Source: a virus. Taken from it: DNA of 43,000 nt. Positions within the stretch are counted from its first letter, which is position 1. The number at the start of each line of letters is the position of its first letter. The notes under the pieces are model-generated. The model saw only the letters and a list, made by a program, of their open reading frames with translations, searched no databases and was not told the origin of the DNA. The position numbers were made by a program, and so were the translations under genes. This document shows, piece by piece, positions 1 to 8,297 of this stretch. The stretch is from the IMG/VR virus record IMGVR_UViG_3300045938_000052, positions 1 to 43,000 of that record; one strand, 5' to 3'.

Positions 1-127
1 CCCCCGGCGGGGGGGTGGCCGGGTTCGATGAGGTGTTCGCCGAATACCCGGTCAAGGCGAACCGAGCGAAGGCCATGCGGCGATGGATGCGCATCGCGCC
101 CACCGAAGCGGATCGCGCGGCGATGCT
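1..127. repeat. Left copy of the 127-bp identical window ends (circular wrap)
   Basis: Read base by base against 42874-43000 and found identical. The repeat starts mid-ORF. Confidence 0.95.
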
Positions 128-437
128 CCGGGCCATCGCAGCACAGCGCAAGACGGCAAAGTGGCGCAAGGAGGGCGGGCGCTACGTGCCCGAGTTCGCG
201 ACCTGGCTGCGCAACCAGGGCTGGACCGATGACGCCGGCCCGGTGGTGCTGGCCGACTGGTGGCAGGACTCGGACGGGATCATGGCCAAGGGCGAGCAGC
301 TCGGTATGCCGTTCACGCTCGCCGCGCTGGGCAACGCCTACACCGACGACCAGCGCACCGCCCACTGGCGCGCCTACCGGTCGAAGGTGTTCGCCGCGGC
401 CGGAGACGGTCCGTGGTCGGAAAGGCGCGCGGCATGA
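1..437 (+). CDS. Replication initiator (O-like), C-terminal part; continuation of 42399..43000 across the circular junction
   Basis: The frame of ORF 15..437 is open back to base 3. It is in phase with 42399 once 42873 is subtracted. Stop is TGA 435-437. The joined gene would be 303 aa. Confidence 0.8.
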   Translation, partial: PGGGVAGFDEVFAEYPVKANRAKAMRRWMRIAPTEADRAAMLRAIAAQRKTAKWRKEGGRYVPEFATWLRNQGWTDDAGPVVLADWWQDSDGIMAKGEQLGMPFTLAALGNAYTDDQRTAHWRAYRSKVFAAAGDGPWSERRAA

Positions 438-661
438 CGCGCGACGAGGCCATGACCAAGCTGCTGGCGCTCGGCGAGCTCAGCTTCGAGGACCTGATCG
501 TGTACTGCGGCTGGCCCTTCGATGAAGTTCGTGCCGTCCTCGGTCGACACGTCCAGGCTGGGCGCGTCACCCGAATTCAACGCGGGCGCGGGTATTCGTA
601 CCGGCTGCGCAGCGACATCCCCAAGGTCCCATTTGAGAAGGAAACAGCACATGCTGCATGA
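434..661 (+). CDS. Small hypothetical protein, winged-helix-like (75 aa)
   Basis: ATG 434 overlaps the upstream stop (ATGA). Sequence is MTRDEAMTKLLALGELSFEDLIVYCGW...RIQRGRGYSYRLR. GC-rich third positions. Confidence 0.6.
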   Translation: MTRDEAMTKLLALGELSFEDLIVYCGWPFDEVRAVLGRHVQAGRVTRIQRGRGYSYRLRSDIPKVPFEKETAHAA

Positions 662-1349
662 CGAGCGCCCCGGCGTGGAAGAGAACTACCTGGTGGCGAG
701 CAGCTCGTCGAACCTGCGTGTGGAAGCGGACCGGCGCGGTGATGGCGACATGGTCATCGTTGCGGGATGGACGACCTCACGGATCGGCATGGCACTGCTG
801 CGACTCCATTCTGAGTGGGACCGTGCGGAGAAGCCGCGCAAGCCGCTACCTCCGCTGGTTGCCCTCGTCGCTGCAACGATGCCGCGCGTCCAGCCGACCC
901 ACTTCGTGATCAGCGCGAAGGCGATGGACAAGCACTGGAGAAAGGAACCGGCGCGACGCATGGAGCTGGCGCAACAGCAGGCGCAGCGCTGGTACATGAG
1001 CGAGATGGTCAGGCTTGTCGGTAGCCTTTCGAGCCTCGCTTCGGTACGCCATCAGCTGACGGAAGCCGGGTTGCGCTGGGGTCTGGAGCACGCGGTCGAG
1101 GTCGTGCCTGCGACCATTGCCTACTGGCTCGATCAGACGTGTCCGCATTGCCATGGGCTGAAGTTCACGCAGGTGCCCGGTGCACCAGCGCTGTCGGCGA
1201 AGGCGTGCAAGCACTGCGGCGGCACTGGTGTGGCGCCGGTTCCGCATGGCCAAGCAGGTCGACGTCTCGCCAACTACATGGATGATTGCGTTTCGCGCGC
1301 GCAAAGTGCATTGAAAGAAAGATTGCGAGGGCTGATGCCTCGTGAGTAG
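651..1349 (+). CDS. Zn-finger protein; last early-right gene, candidate Q-like late antiterminator
   Basis: ATG 651 is preceded by AAGGAAA. Two CxxC pairs are present (CPHCHGLK ... CKHCGGTG). A hairpin terminator and the late genes follow directly. Confidence 0.7.
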   Translation: MLHDERPGVEENYLVASSSSNLRVEADRRGDGDMVIVAGWTTSRIGMALLRLHSEWDRAEKPRKPLPPLVALVAATMPRVQPTHFVISAKAMDKHWRKEPARRMELAQQQAQRWYMSEMVRLVGSLSSLASVRHQLTEAGLRWGLEHAVEVVPATIAYWLDQTCPHCHGLKFTQVPGAPALSAKACKHCGGTGVAPVPHGQAGRRLANYMDDCVSRAQSALKERLRGLMPRE

Positions 1350-1462
1350 AATCGCCGCCGAGGAATGCGCTGGCTGCTGAGTCAGCTGCACCTCGACTCT
1401 CTGTTGAATGCCCGAAAGAGCCTAGGCTCTAAGGTAGCTGCCGATGGAGTTGCTCGCCCTCG

Positions 1463-1494
1463 AAAGCCCGCCATGTGCGGGCTTTGTCGTTTCT
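1463..1494 (+). terminator. Rho-independent terminator between the early-right operon and the packaging/late genes
   Basis: Stem AAAGCCCGC (1463-1471) pairs with GCGGGCTTT (1477-1485), loop CATGT. The T-rich tail is tttgtcgtttct. Confidence 0.7.
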
Positions 1495-1498
1495 GCCC

Positions 1499-1861
1499 AT
1501 GCCCACCGCTGCTCCTCGACCCTGTAGCGCAGTCGGATGCAGATCGCTCGCCGTCAACGCTGGGCGCTGTGCTGACCATCAGCGAGAGCCCTGGACGAAA
1601 CCGCCTGATGCCACGAAGCGGATCACCGGCCGCAGGTTGCAGGCGATGCGTGCTGACCTCTTCCGTCGAGCGCCGCTCTGTGCGGAATGCGAGCGGCTGG
1701 GTCTGGTCGCCCTAGCAACGCAACGAGATCACATCGTCCCGCTGGCCGAAGGCGGCGCCGATGAAGACGCGAACGTGCAAGGGCTGTGCGAAGCGTGTCA
1801 CGAGGCCAAGAGCCTGGCAGAGGCTCGCAGAGGCCGTCGGCGGGCCATCCGGCAGCGTTGA
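1499..1861 (+). CDS. HNH endonuclease (packaging-associated)
   Basis: Sequence is MPTAAPRPCSAVGC...CAECERLG...RDHIVPLAEGG...NVQGLCEACHEAK. This is the classic HNH/Cys motif set. The gene lies directly upstream of terS, as in HK97-type cos phages. Confidence 0.9.
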   Translation: MPTAAPRPCSAVGCRSLAVNAGRCADHQREPWTKPPDATKRITGRRLQAMRADLFRRAPLCAECERLGLVALATQRDHIVPLAEGGADEDANVQGLCEACHEAKSLAEARRGRRRAIRQR

Positions 1862-1976
1862 AGTCCAGGGTAGGGGGGTGTGGGAAGTCCAGCCTTGGCC
1901 GCCGGAAACCGACCGGTTCCCCGGGAATTTATGGGAAGTGAAAACTACCCCCCGGGGGTTTGAGAGAGAGATCGAT
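1860..1976 (+). promoter_or_regulatory. Candidate cos/terminase-recognition region
   Basis: Non-coding gap between HNH and terS. GAAGTCCAG occurs at 1860 and 1884, and TGGGAAGT at 1881 and 1932. A near-palindrome GGAAACCGACCGGTTCC lies at 1904-1920 and a C6G5 palindrome at 1948-1958. Confidence 0.35.
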
Positions 1977-2459
1977 ATGGACGACAAACCCAGCTTCGCT
2001 GCCGCGCTACCCGCCGTCGGCGCAGCCCGAGTCTCGTCCGCCTCGGAGATCGTCTCGCCCAAGCCGCCGCTGATGCTCGGCCTGACGGCCGACGAGCAGC
2101 AGCTCTACGACCACATCTGCGAGACGCTGCGCCAGGCTGGCATCGAGCACCTCACCGCCGGCATGCCGATCGCGATCATCGTTCGCACCTTCGCCGACTG
2201 GCTGAAGGCTTGTGCCGAGTGCGAGGAGAAGGGTCGCACCCAGACGTCGAAGACCGGTTGGGCCACGCCCACACCCTGGGCCGACGACGAGAAGCGTTTG
2301 AAAATGGAGCTCGGCCAATGGCTGCCAAAAGCATGTCTCACGATCCCGTCGCTGGCTCGGGTTCGCAAGGACACGGGCGAGCTGGGCAAGCAGGACGACC
2401 TGTTCGGCGATCTCGTAAACCACGGCATGTCCTCACCCGCGCACGCGTCGCGGCACTGA
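1977..2459 (+). CDS. terS: Terminase small subunit, P27 family
   Basis: ATG follows GAGAGAGAGATCGAT. Sequence is ...LTADEQQLYDHICETLRQAGIEHLTAGMPIAIIVRTFADWLKA.... Position is immediately before terL. Confidence 0.85.
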   Translation: MDDKPSFAAALPAVGAARVSSASEIVSPKPPLMLGLTADEQQLYDHICETLRQAGIEHLTAGMPIAIIVRTFADWLKACAECEEKGRTQTSKTGWATPTPWADDEKRLKMELGQWLPKACLTIPSLARVRKDTGELGKQDDLFGDLVNHGMSSPAHASRH

Positions 2460-2497
2460 CGCCCGAGCATCTCGAGGAGTGGGACGAGCGGTACGGC

Positions 2498-4153
2498 TTG
2501 CCCGTGCTGCGCGGCGAGCTGTTGACCGGACGACTGGTCTACCTGGCGGTGCTGAGGCACTACCAGGACCTGCGCGACGGTGCCAAGCGCGGACTGGTAT
2601 TCGTGCCCGCGCACGGGTGGCACGTCATCACCTACATCGAGCGGTTCTTCGTCCACATCAAGGGGCCGCTCGCCGGGCACCCGATCCTGCTCGACCCGTG
2701 GCAGAAGTTCTGGACCGCAGTGCTGTACGGCTGGCGCCGCGTCGACAGCGGGCATCGTCGCTTCACCCGGGCCTACGAAGAGGTCGCTCGGAAGAACGGG
2801 AAGAGCACGTGGAAGGGCCCGCAGGGCGCCTACCTGCAGTCGATGGATGGCGAGATCGGTGCCGAGGTGTATGCGGTGGCCACCACGCGGGCCCAGGCCA
2901 TGACGGTGTTCAAGCCGGCCTTCGACAACATCAAGCGCTGGGTGCGCCGCTCGCCCGGCATCGCACGGTCGTTCAAGGTCTTCTCCGGGCTGAACCAGGA
3001 GAAGGTGGAGATGGACACGAGCGTGTTCGCACCGCTGCCGGCCATGGCCGAGAACCTCGACGGCCTGAACCCGAGCGCCATCCTCTTCGACGAGCTGCAT
3101 GCGCAGAAGACGCGGGATGTGTGGGACGTGATGGAGTCCGCGCTCGGCGCCCGGGCGCAGCCGCTGCTGTCTGCCATCACGACGGCCGGCTTCATCCTCG
3201 ACGGCATCTGCACCGAGGTGCGCGGGTATCTGGTGTCGGTGCTCGAAGGCAAGCGGCAAGACGACTCGTTCTTCGGCTACGTCTACACGCTGGACCCGCA
3301 CGACGACCCCTTCGACGAGCGCAACTGGCCGAAGGCCAACCCCGGCCTGGGTCGGTCGAAGACGCTGGAGTACATGCGCGGCATGGCCCGCAAGGCTGCG
3401 GCGCTGCCCGGCGCCAAGGTCAACTTTCTGACGAAAGACCTCAACGTCTGGTGCAACAGCGCCGACGGATGGTTCGACAAGGACACATGGGACCTTGGGG
3501 CGAAGAAGTTCGACCCGGCCTTGCTGCGTGGCCGTCGTTGCTTCGGCGGCCTCGACCTCGCCAGCACGCGAGACCTGACGGCCTTTGCCCTGATCTTTCC
3601 GCCGGAAGAGTCCGGTGGCCAGTGGTATGTGTTGATCTGGTTCTGGTGCCCGCAGGGCAAGGTCGATGTGCAAGAGCACGACGACGTGGCGCCTTACAAG
3701 CGGTGGGTGGAGGAGGGCTGGTTGACCGCCACGCCCGGCGACGTGACCGACTACGGTCCGGTGCGTCGCACGATTCAGCAGGCCCTCGAGGACTACGACG
3801 TGGTCGACATCGGCTTCGACCGCTGGAACGCGCAGCAGCTGTGCAACGAGATGCTCGAGGCTGGTGTGCCGCTCGTAGAGATCCCCCAAAACACGGGTGG
3901 CATGTACCCGGGCTCACGCAGCCTTGAGGAGCTCGTTTACGGCCGTGGCTTGCGCCATGGAGGCAACCCGGTGCTGCGCTACTGCGCCATGAACGTGGCA
4001 CTTCTGTTCGACACGAATGGCAACTTTCGGCCGGACAAGAAAAAGAGCAATCAGACCGGCCGCATCGACGGGGTCGTTGCACTGGTCATGGCTCTGTCCA
4101 GGGCGTGCGCGCAGCAGGACTACGACAGCTTTTTTGAGAGTTTCGCCAAATGA
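2498..4153 (+). CDS. terL: Terminase large subunit (Terminase_1 type)
   Basis: The 647-aa open frame contains a Walker-A-like motif EEVARKNGKST, plus ILFDELH and a C-terminal nuclease region. The start is uncertain: TTG 2498, GTG 2504, or ATG 2318/2333, which would overlap terS. Confidence 0.9.
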   Translation: MPVLRGELLTGRLVYLAVLRHYQDLRDGAKRGLVFVPAHGWHVITYIERFFVHIKGPLAGHPILLDPWQKFWTAVLYGWRRVDSGHRRFTRAYEEVARKNGKSTWKGPQGAYLQSMDGEIGAEVYAVATTRAQAMTVFKPAFDNIKRWVRRSPGIARSFKVFSGLNQEKVEMDTSVFAPLPAMAENLDGLNPSAILFDELHAQKTRDVWDVMESALGARAQPLLSAITTAGFILDGICTEVRGYLVSVLEGKRQDDSFFGYVYTLDPHDDPFDERNWPKANPGLGRSKTLEYMRGMARKAAALPGAKVNFLTKDLNVWCNSADGWFDKDTWDLGAKKFDPALLRGRRCFGGLDLASTRDLTAFALIFPPEESGGQWYVLIWFWCPQGKVDVQEHDDVAPYKRWVEEGWLTATPGDVTDYGPVRRTIQQALEDYDVVDIGFDRWNAQQLCNEMLEAGVPLVEIPQNTGGMYPGSRSLEELVYGRGLRHGGNPVLRYCAMNVALLFDTNGNFRPDKKKSNQTGRIDGVVALVMALSRACAQQDYDSFFESFAK

Positions 4154-5394
4154 ATTTTCTTCGCCAGGCGATGCTGCGGCTGTCGCTCAAGGGTATGGAC
4201 CTGTCCCTGCAGTCGCCGCAGGGCTGGGACTTTCTCCAGGGTCGGCAGCCCAACTGGGCGAATGTGCGCGTCGACGAGAACACGCAGCTGGCAATCTCCG
4301 CAGCCTTCTCCGCCATCCGGCTCATCGCCGAGACCGTCGGGACGTTGCCGCTGCACCTCTATCGCAAGACGCCGAAGGGTCGAGAACGCGCGACGCGGGA
4401 TCCGCGGTATGCGCTGGTGCACGACCAACCGAACGAGTACATGACGGCCGTCGAGTGGAAGGAGGCGATGTGCGTGAGCCTCGCCTCCATGGGGCAGTCA
4501 TACAACTTCGTCAGCAGCATGGAATCGACGGGGCGGGTGATCAGCATCCAGCCGGTGCACAAGCATCGCGTTAGACCTGAAGTCGTTGCCGACGGCTCGG
4601 TGATTTATCACCTGACGATGCGCAATGGGCAGCCGCTGCCATTGACCCGCCGGCAGATCTGCCCCATCCGCGGGTTTGGCGGGGTGGGTGATCTCGAAGG
4701 CTACGCGCCGCACCAGCTGCACTCCAACAGCCTGGCGCTGACGGTCGCGATCGAGAAGTACGGCGCAGAGTTTTTCGGGGGCGGCAGTCGTCCGAGCGGC
4801 GTGCTGACGACGGAGCAGGAGTTCAAGAAAGACCAGCGCGACAGCATCCGCGATGGCTTCCAGAAATATGTGCGAGAGAGCTGGCTGCACGGTCGGCTGC
4901 CGCTGCTGGAAAACGGCGTGAAGTACCAGGCGGTGACGACGCCCAACAACGAGGCGCAGTTCATCGAGACCCGCAAGTTGCAGATCGCCGAGATCGCCCG
5001 GATCTATCGCGTGCCGCTGCACATGCTCATGGAGATGGACAAGGCCAGCTACGCGAACACCGAGCAGGCCAACAAGCATTTTCTCGACTACACGCTGCTG
5101 TCGTACTTGAAGCGAATCGAGGCGGGTCTGAACAGCTCGCTGCTCACCAATGCCGAAAAGGTCGACCACTACTTCCAGTTCGATGTGCGCGGACTGCTGC
5201 GCGGCGACAGCACGCAGCGCGCCGCGTACTACGTGACCATGCGCAACGCCGGCGCCATCACGCAGAACGAGATCCGCGACCTGGAAGACATGGAGCGCAT
5301 CGAGGGAGCGGACGACCTGCACGTCCCGCTCAACATGGCGCCCAGCGATCTGCTGGCCTCCATCCTCACCCACAAGCAGCAAGGGAAAGAATGA
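4150..5394 (+). CDS. Portal protein, HK97 family
   Basis: ATGA overlap with the terL stop. Conserved portal segments include ...FFGGGSRPSGVL...EAQFIETRKLQIAEIARIYRVPLHML.... Confidence 0.93.
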   Translation: MNFLRQAMLRLSLKGMDLSLQSPQGWDFLQGRQPNWANVRVDENTQLAISAAFSAIRLIAETVGTLPLHLYRKTPKGRERATRDPRYALVHDQPNEYMTAVEWKEAMCVSLASMGQSYNFVSSMESTGRVISIQPVHKHRVRPEVVADGSVIYHLTMRNGQPLPLTRRQICPIRGFGGVGDLEGYAPHQLHSNSLALTVAIEKYGAEFFGGGSRPSGVLTTEQEFKKDQRDSIRDGFQKYVRESWLHGRLPLLENGVKYQAVTTPNNEAQFIETRKLQIAEIARIYRVPLHMLMEMDKASYANTEQANKHFLDYTLLSYLKRIEAGLNSSLLTNAEKVDHYFQFDVRGLLRGDSTQRAAYYVTMRNAGAITQNEIRDLEDMERIEGADDLHVPLNMAPSDLLASILTHKQQGKE

Positions 5395-6029
5395 TGGAAC
5401 GCCTCACTGCACCGATCGAGATCAAATCCGCGGAGAAGGACGGCACCTTCACCGGCTACGCGGCCGTCTTCGGCAACATCGACCTGGGCTACGACGTGAT
5501 CGAGCCCGGCGCTTTCGTCAAGGCCAAGACGACGAAGGACGGCATGCTGCGCATCGCGATCGGCCACCGGCTCGACCAGCTGGCCGGCAAGGCGACGTTC
5601 CGCCAGGACGATCGCGGCCTGTACGTCGAGGGCAAGCTGAGCCTGGGCGTGAGCTACGTGCGCGACCAGTACGAGCTGATGAAGGACGGCGTGCTCGACG
5701 GCCTGTCCGTTGGCTTCGACATCCTGCGCGACGGCGCCGACTACGAGGAGCGCAGCGGCAAGCACGTGCGCGTCATCAAGTCCGCCGAGCTCTGGGAGTT
5801 CTCCCTGGTGCCGTTCGGCATGAACCCCGAGGCCCTGATCGACACGGTCAAGGCTGCCTCCATTCGAGATTTCGAGGCCCAGTTGCGCGGCCTCGGGTAC
5901 AGCCACACCGAAGCGAAGACCCTCGCTTCGGGTGGCTTTCGGTCGCTGGGTCCGCGGGATGCGGATTCGGACAGCGGGATGCTGGCAGACCAACTCAAAG
6001 CGCTTCGTTCATCTTTCACCTGGAACTGA
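5391..6029 (+). CDS. Prohead maturation protease, HK97 family (S78/U35)
   Basis: ATGA overlap with the portal stop. Sequence is GTFTGYAAVFGNIDLGYDVIEPGAF...GLSVGF...ELWEFSLVPFGMNPEA. Confidence 0.92.
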   Translation: MMERLTAPIEIKSAEKDGTFTGYAAVFGNIDLGYDVIEPGAFVKAKTTKDGMLRIAIGHRLDQLAGKATFRQDDRGLYVEGKLSLGVSYVRDQYELMKDGVLDGLSVGFDILRDGADYEERSGKHVRVIKSAELWEFSLVPFGMNPEALIDTVKAASIRDFEAQLRGLGYSHTEAKTLASGGFRSLGPRDADSDSGMLADQLKALRSSFTWN

Positions 6030-6034
6030 TTCAC

Positions 6035-7396
6035 ATGCATTCCCTGCTTTTCCCCACCATCCGCCGCAACCCCGTCCCGTGGGCCATCTTCGGCCTGCTC
6101 GCCGTCCTTGCGGTGCTCGCGCTGACCGGCCAGATCAGCGTTCCCTACGAACTGTTCGCGGCGTCCGTCATTCCGGCGGCGCTGCAGGAAGAGTTCACCA
6201 AGCTCAGCGACGTCGCGAAGGCAGCCAAGACCGCGATCGAAGAGGTCAAGAGCGCCCACAAGGATCTCGACGGCCGCGTCGCCAAGATCCACGACGAACT
6301 CGGTACCGGCAAGACCGATGCGGTGACCAAGTCGGCTTTCCAGTCGGCTGTCGAACGGGTCGACAAGGCCGAGAAGTCGCTCGACACGCTCAACCGCGAA
6401 GTCACCGAGCTCGCGCAGAAGGCCGCCAACCTGCTCAAGCAGCCCGACGGCCGCAAGAGCCTGGGCCAGCTGGCCAGCGAGTCGCCGGCGGCGAAGAGCT
6501 ACAAGGGCGGCAACGTCGAGCTCTGCACGATGGCCGGTCCGCTGTTCGGCAAGGCCGTCAACAGCGGCGCCACCAGCGCTGGCGCGCTGATCGAGGCCTA
6601 CCGGGTGCCCGGCATCCTGAGCGAGCCCGATCTGCCGCCGACCGTGCGTGATCTTTTCACCGCCGTCTCGATCAGCACCAACGCGATCGAGTGGGTGCAG
6701 GAGAAGCTCTTCACCAACAACGCGGGCCCGCAGAACGGCGAGGGCACCAACAAGCCGCAGTCGGACTGGACGTTCGAGAAGAAGAGCTCGGCGGTCGAGA
6801 CCATCGCCCACTGGATCCCGGTGAGCCGCCAGGTGCTGGCCGACGTGCCGCAGCTGCGTGGCCTGATCGACGGCAAGCTGCGCACCGGTCTGAAGATCAA
6901 GGAAGACCTCGCGCTGCTGTTCGGCGACGGCACCAACGGCAACCTGCTCGGCCTGGTGCCGCAAGCCACGCCGTATTCGGCGACCCGCATCCCGGCCGGC
7001 GCAACCAAGATCGATCACCTCCGCTGGGCCTTCCTGCAGGTCGCCAAGGCGCAGTACCCCGCCACCTTCGCGGTGCTGAGCCTGGAGGACTGGGCGCTGA
7101 TCCAGATGATGAAGACGACCGACGGCGCCTACATCTTCGGCACGCCGACGGACGGCGCGGCGCCGCGCATCTGGGGCAAGCGCGTGGTCGAGAGCTTCGG
7201 CATGGACACGGGCGACTTCCTCGCCGGTTCCAGCCTGGCCGCGACGATCTACGACCGCGAGGACGTGACCGTGCGTGCGTCGGAGCACCACGCCAGCTTC
7301 TTCATCCAGAACATGGTGGCGCTGCTGTGCGAAGAGCGCCTGGCGTTCACGGTCGAGCGTCCGAAGGCCATCGTCCAGGGCTCGTTCCCGGCCTAA
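6035..7396 (+). CDS. Major capsid protein, HK97 fold, with N-terminal delta (scaffold) domain
   Basis: A coiled-coil delta region is followed by ...TVRDLFTAVSISTNAIEWVQE...ETIAHWIPVSRQVLADVPQLRGLIDGKL.... The start is uncertain: ATG 6035 gives an odd hydrophobic N-terminus. Confidence 0.92.
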   Translation: MHSLLFPTIRRNPVPWAIFGLLAVLAVLALTGQISVPYELFAASVIPAALQEEFTKLSDVAKAAKTAIEEVKSAHKDLDGRVAKIHDELGTGKTDAVTKSAFQSAVERVDKAEKSLDTLNREVTELAQKAANLLKQPDGRKSLGQLASESPAAKSYKGGNVELCTMAGPLFGKAVNSGATSAGALIEAYRVPGILSEPDLPPTVRDLFTAVSISTNAIEWVQEKLFTNNAGPQNGEGTNKPQSDWTFEKKSSAVETIAHWIPVSRQVLADVPQLRGLIDGKLRTGLKIKEDLALLFGDGTNGNLLGLVPQATPYSATRIPAGATKIDHLRWAFLQVAKAQYPATFAVLSLEDWALIQMMKTTDGAYIFGTPTDGAAPRIWGKRVVESFGMDTGDFLAGSSLAATIYDREDVTVRASEHHASFFIQNMVALLCEERLAFTVERPKAIVQGSFPA

Positions 7397-7425
7397 GCCG
7401 CGACGGTCCGACAACGCCACCCGAA

Positions 7426-7459
7426 GGCCCGCACGGCTCGCCCTGCGGGCCTTTCTTCA
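7426..7459 (+). terminator. Rho-independent terminator/attenuator after the capsid gene
   Basis: Stem GGCCCGCA (7426-7433) pairs with TGCGGGCC (7444-7451), followed by TTTCTT. Confidence 0.75.
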
Positions 7460-7476
7460 TCCGAAAAGGAAATCCC

Positions 7477-7869
7477 ATGAAAGTCCTGAAACCCTTCAAC
7501 CGCGGCGGCCAGCACTACGCGCGCGGTTCCGCTGCGCCTGCCGACCTCGACAAGGCCACCATCGCGCACTACCGCCGTCACGGCATGGTTACCGCTGAAG
7601 ACGCGAAGGCCGCCGAGGGTTCGAGCACGACGTCGCCTGTCGCGCCCGCACGCAAACCTCGGCAGCCGGGCTCGTCGGAGACCAAGCCGGCCGGTCCGAC
7701 CGAGACCAAGCCGGCCGGTCCGACCGAGACCAAGCCCGCAGCGCCGGCGGGCGCCGCCGCAGGCGACGGCAGCACGTCGGGCGACCCGACGCCGACGACC
7801 ACCACCGCGGCCGGCGGCGAGGGCGGGCCCGACGCAGTGACCGGCATCACGTCCGCATCGCTCGGCTGA
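7477..7869 (+). CDS. Hypothetical protein with Pro/Thr-rich tandem-repeat tail (130 aa)
   Basis: ATG follows AAAGGAAA. The N-terminus is MKVLKPFNRGGQHYARG..., then ETKPAGPT x2.6 and a low-complexity PT/G tail. Confidence 0.7.
   Translation: MKVLKPFNRGGQHYARGSAAPADLDKATIAHYRRHGMVTAEDAKAAEGSSTTSPVAPARKPRQPGSSETKPAGPTETKPAGPTETKPAAPAGAAAGDGSTSGDPTPTTTTAAGGEGGPDAVTGITSASLG
7678..7741 (+). repeat. Perfect 24-bp tandem repeat, 2.6 units (GAGACCAAGCCGGCCGGTCCGACC)
   Basis: Units at 7678-7701 and 7702-7725 are identical. A partial third unit runs to 7741. The repeat is in-frame (ETKPAGPT). Confidence 0.9.
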
Positions 7870-7874
7870 TCACC

Positions 7875-8282
7875 ATGCAGTACTCCACCGACATCCGCGA
7901 CGCCCAGGGCGACGTCATGGAGACCGTGATCGGGCAGTCTCCGCTGCTGCGGGTCTTCAATGGTCCGACGCCGGCCAATGCGGCGGCTCCGCTCGTCTCG
8001 GGCAACAAGCTGCTGGCCCAGGCCACGCTTCCTGCCGACTACCTGACGCCCAGCTCCAATGGCGTGAAGTCCAAGCAGGGCACGTGGACGTTGGTAGGCC
8101 AGCCCGAAGCTGGTTCCGGCACCCCGGGCACCTTCTTCCGCATCTACGACGCGAGCGGCTCGATCTGCAAGGTTCAGGGCACGTTCGGCGTGGGTCAGGA
8201 GATGGTTCCTGACAACAACAGCATCGCGAACGGCCAGGTCTCCACGATCAGCGTCTTCTCGATCTCGCGAGCGAACGGCTGA
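7875..8282 (+). CDS. Hypothetical protein (135 aa), probable virion-associated
   Basis: ORF with GC-rich third positions, tightly packed in the structural operon. No recognisable motif. Confidence 0.65.
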   Translation: MQYSTDIRDAQGDVMETVIGQSPLLRVFNGPTPANAAAPLVSGNKLLAQATLPADYLTPSSNGVKSKQGTWTLVGQPEAGSGTPGTFFRIYDASGSICKVQGTFGVGQEMVPDNNSIANGQVSTISVFSISRANG

Positions 8283-8297
8283 GAAGGAGCACGGGCA

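Noticed and set aside
260-661. Longer upstream-extended versions of several ORFs in the track. Examples are 260..661, 522..1349, 1475..1861, 1761..2459, 8420..11929, 26202..29027, 36057..37487 and 40933..41421.
   Set aside because: The extensions overlap the preceding gene or a promoter and translate to Arg-rich junk. Internal ATG/GTG starts with an SD, or with ATGA/GTGA coupling, give proteins that start like known family members.
2105-3889. Very long antisense or out-of-frame ORFs. Examples are 2105..3889(-), 5741..7420(-), 16477..18189(-), 20386..23751(-), 27723..29201(-), 34483..35892(+) and 37654..38694(+).
   Set aside because: These are typical shadow ORFs of high-GC DNA. Their translations are Arg/Gly/Ala/Pro-rich junk. 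Each lies fully opposite or out of frame to a gene with clear family motifs (terL, capsid, tape measure, J and others).
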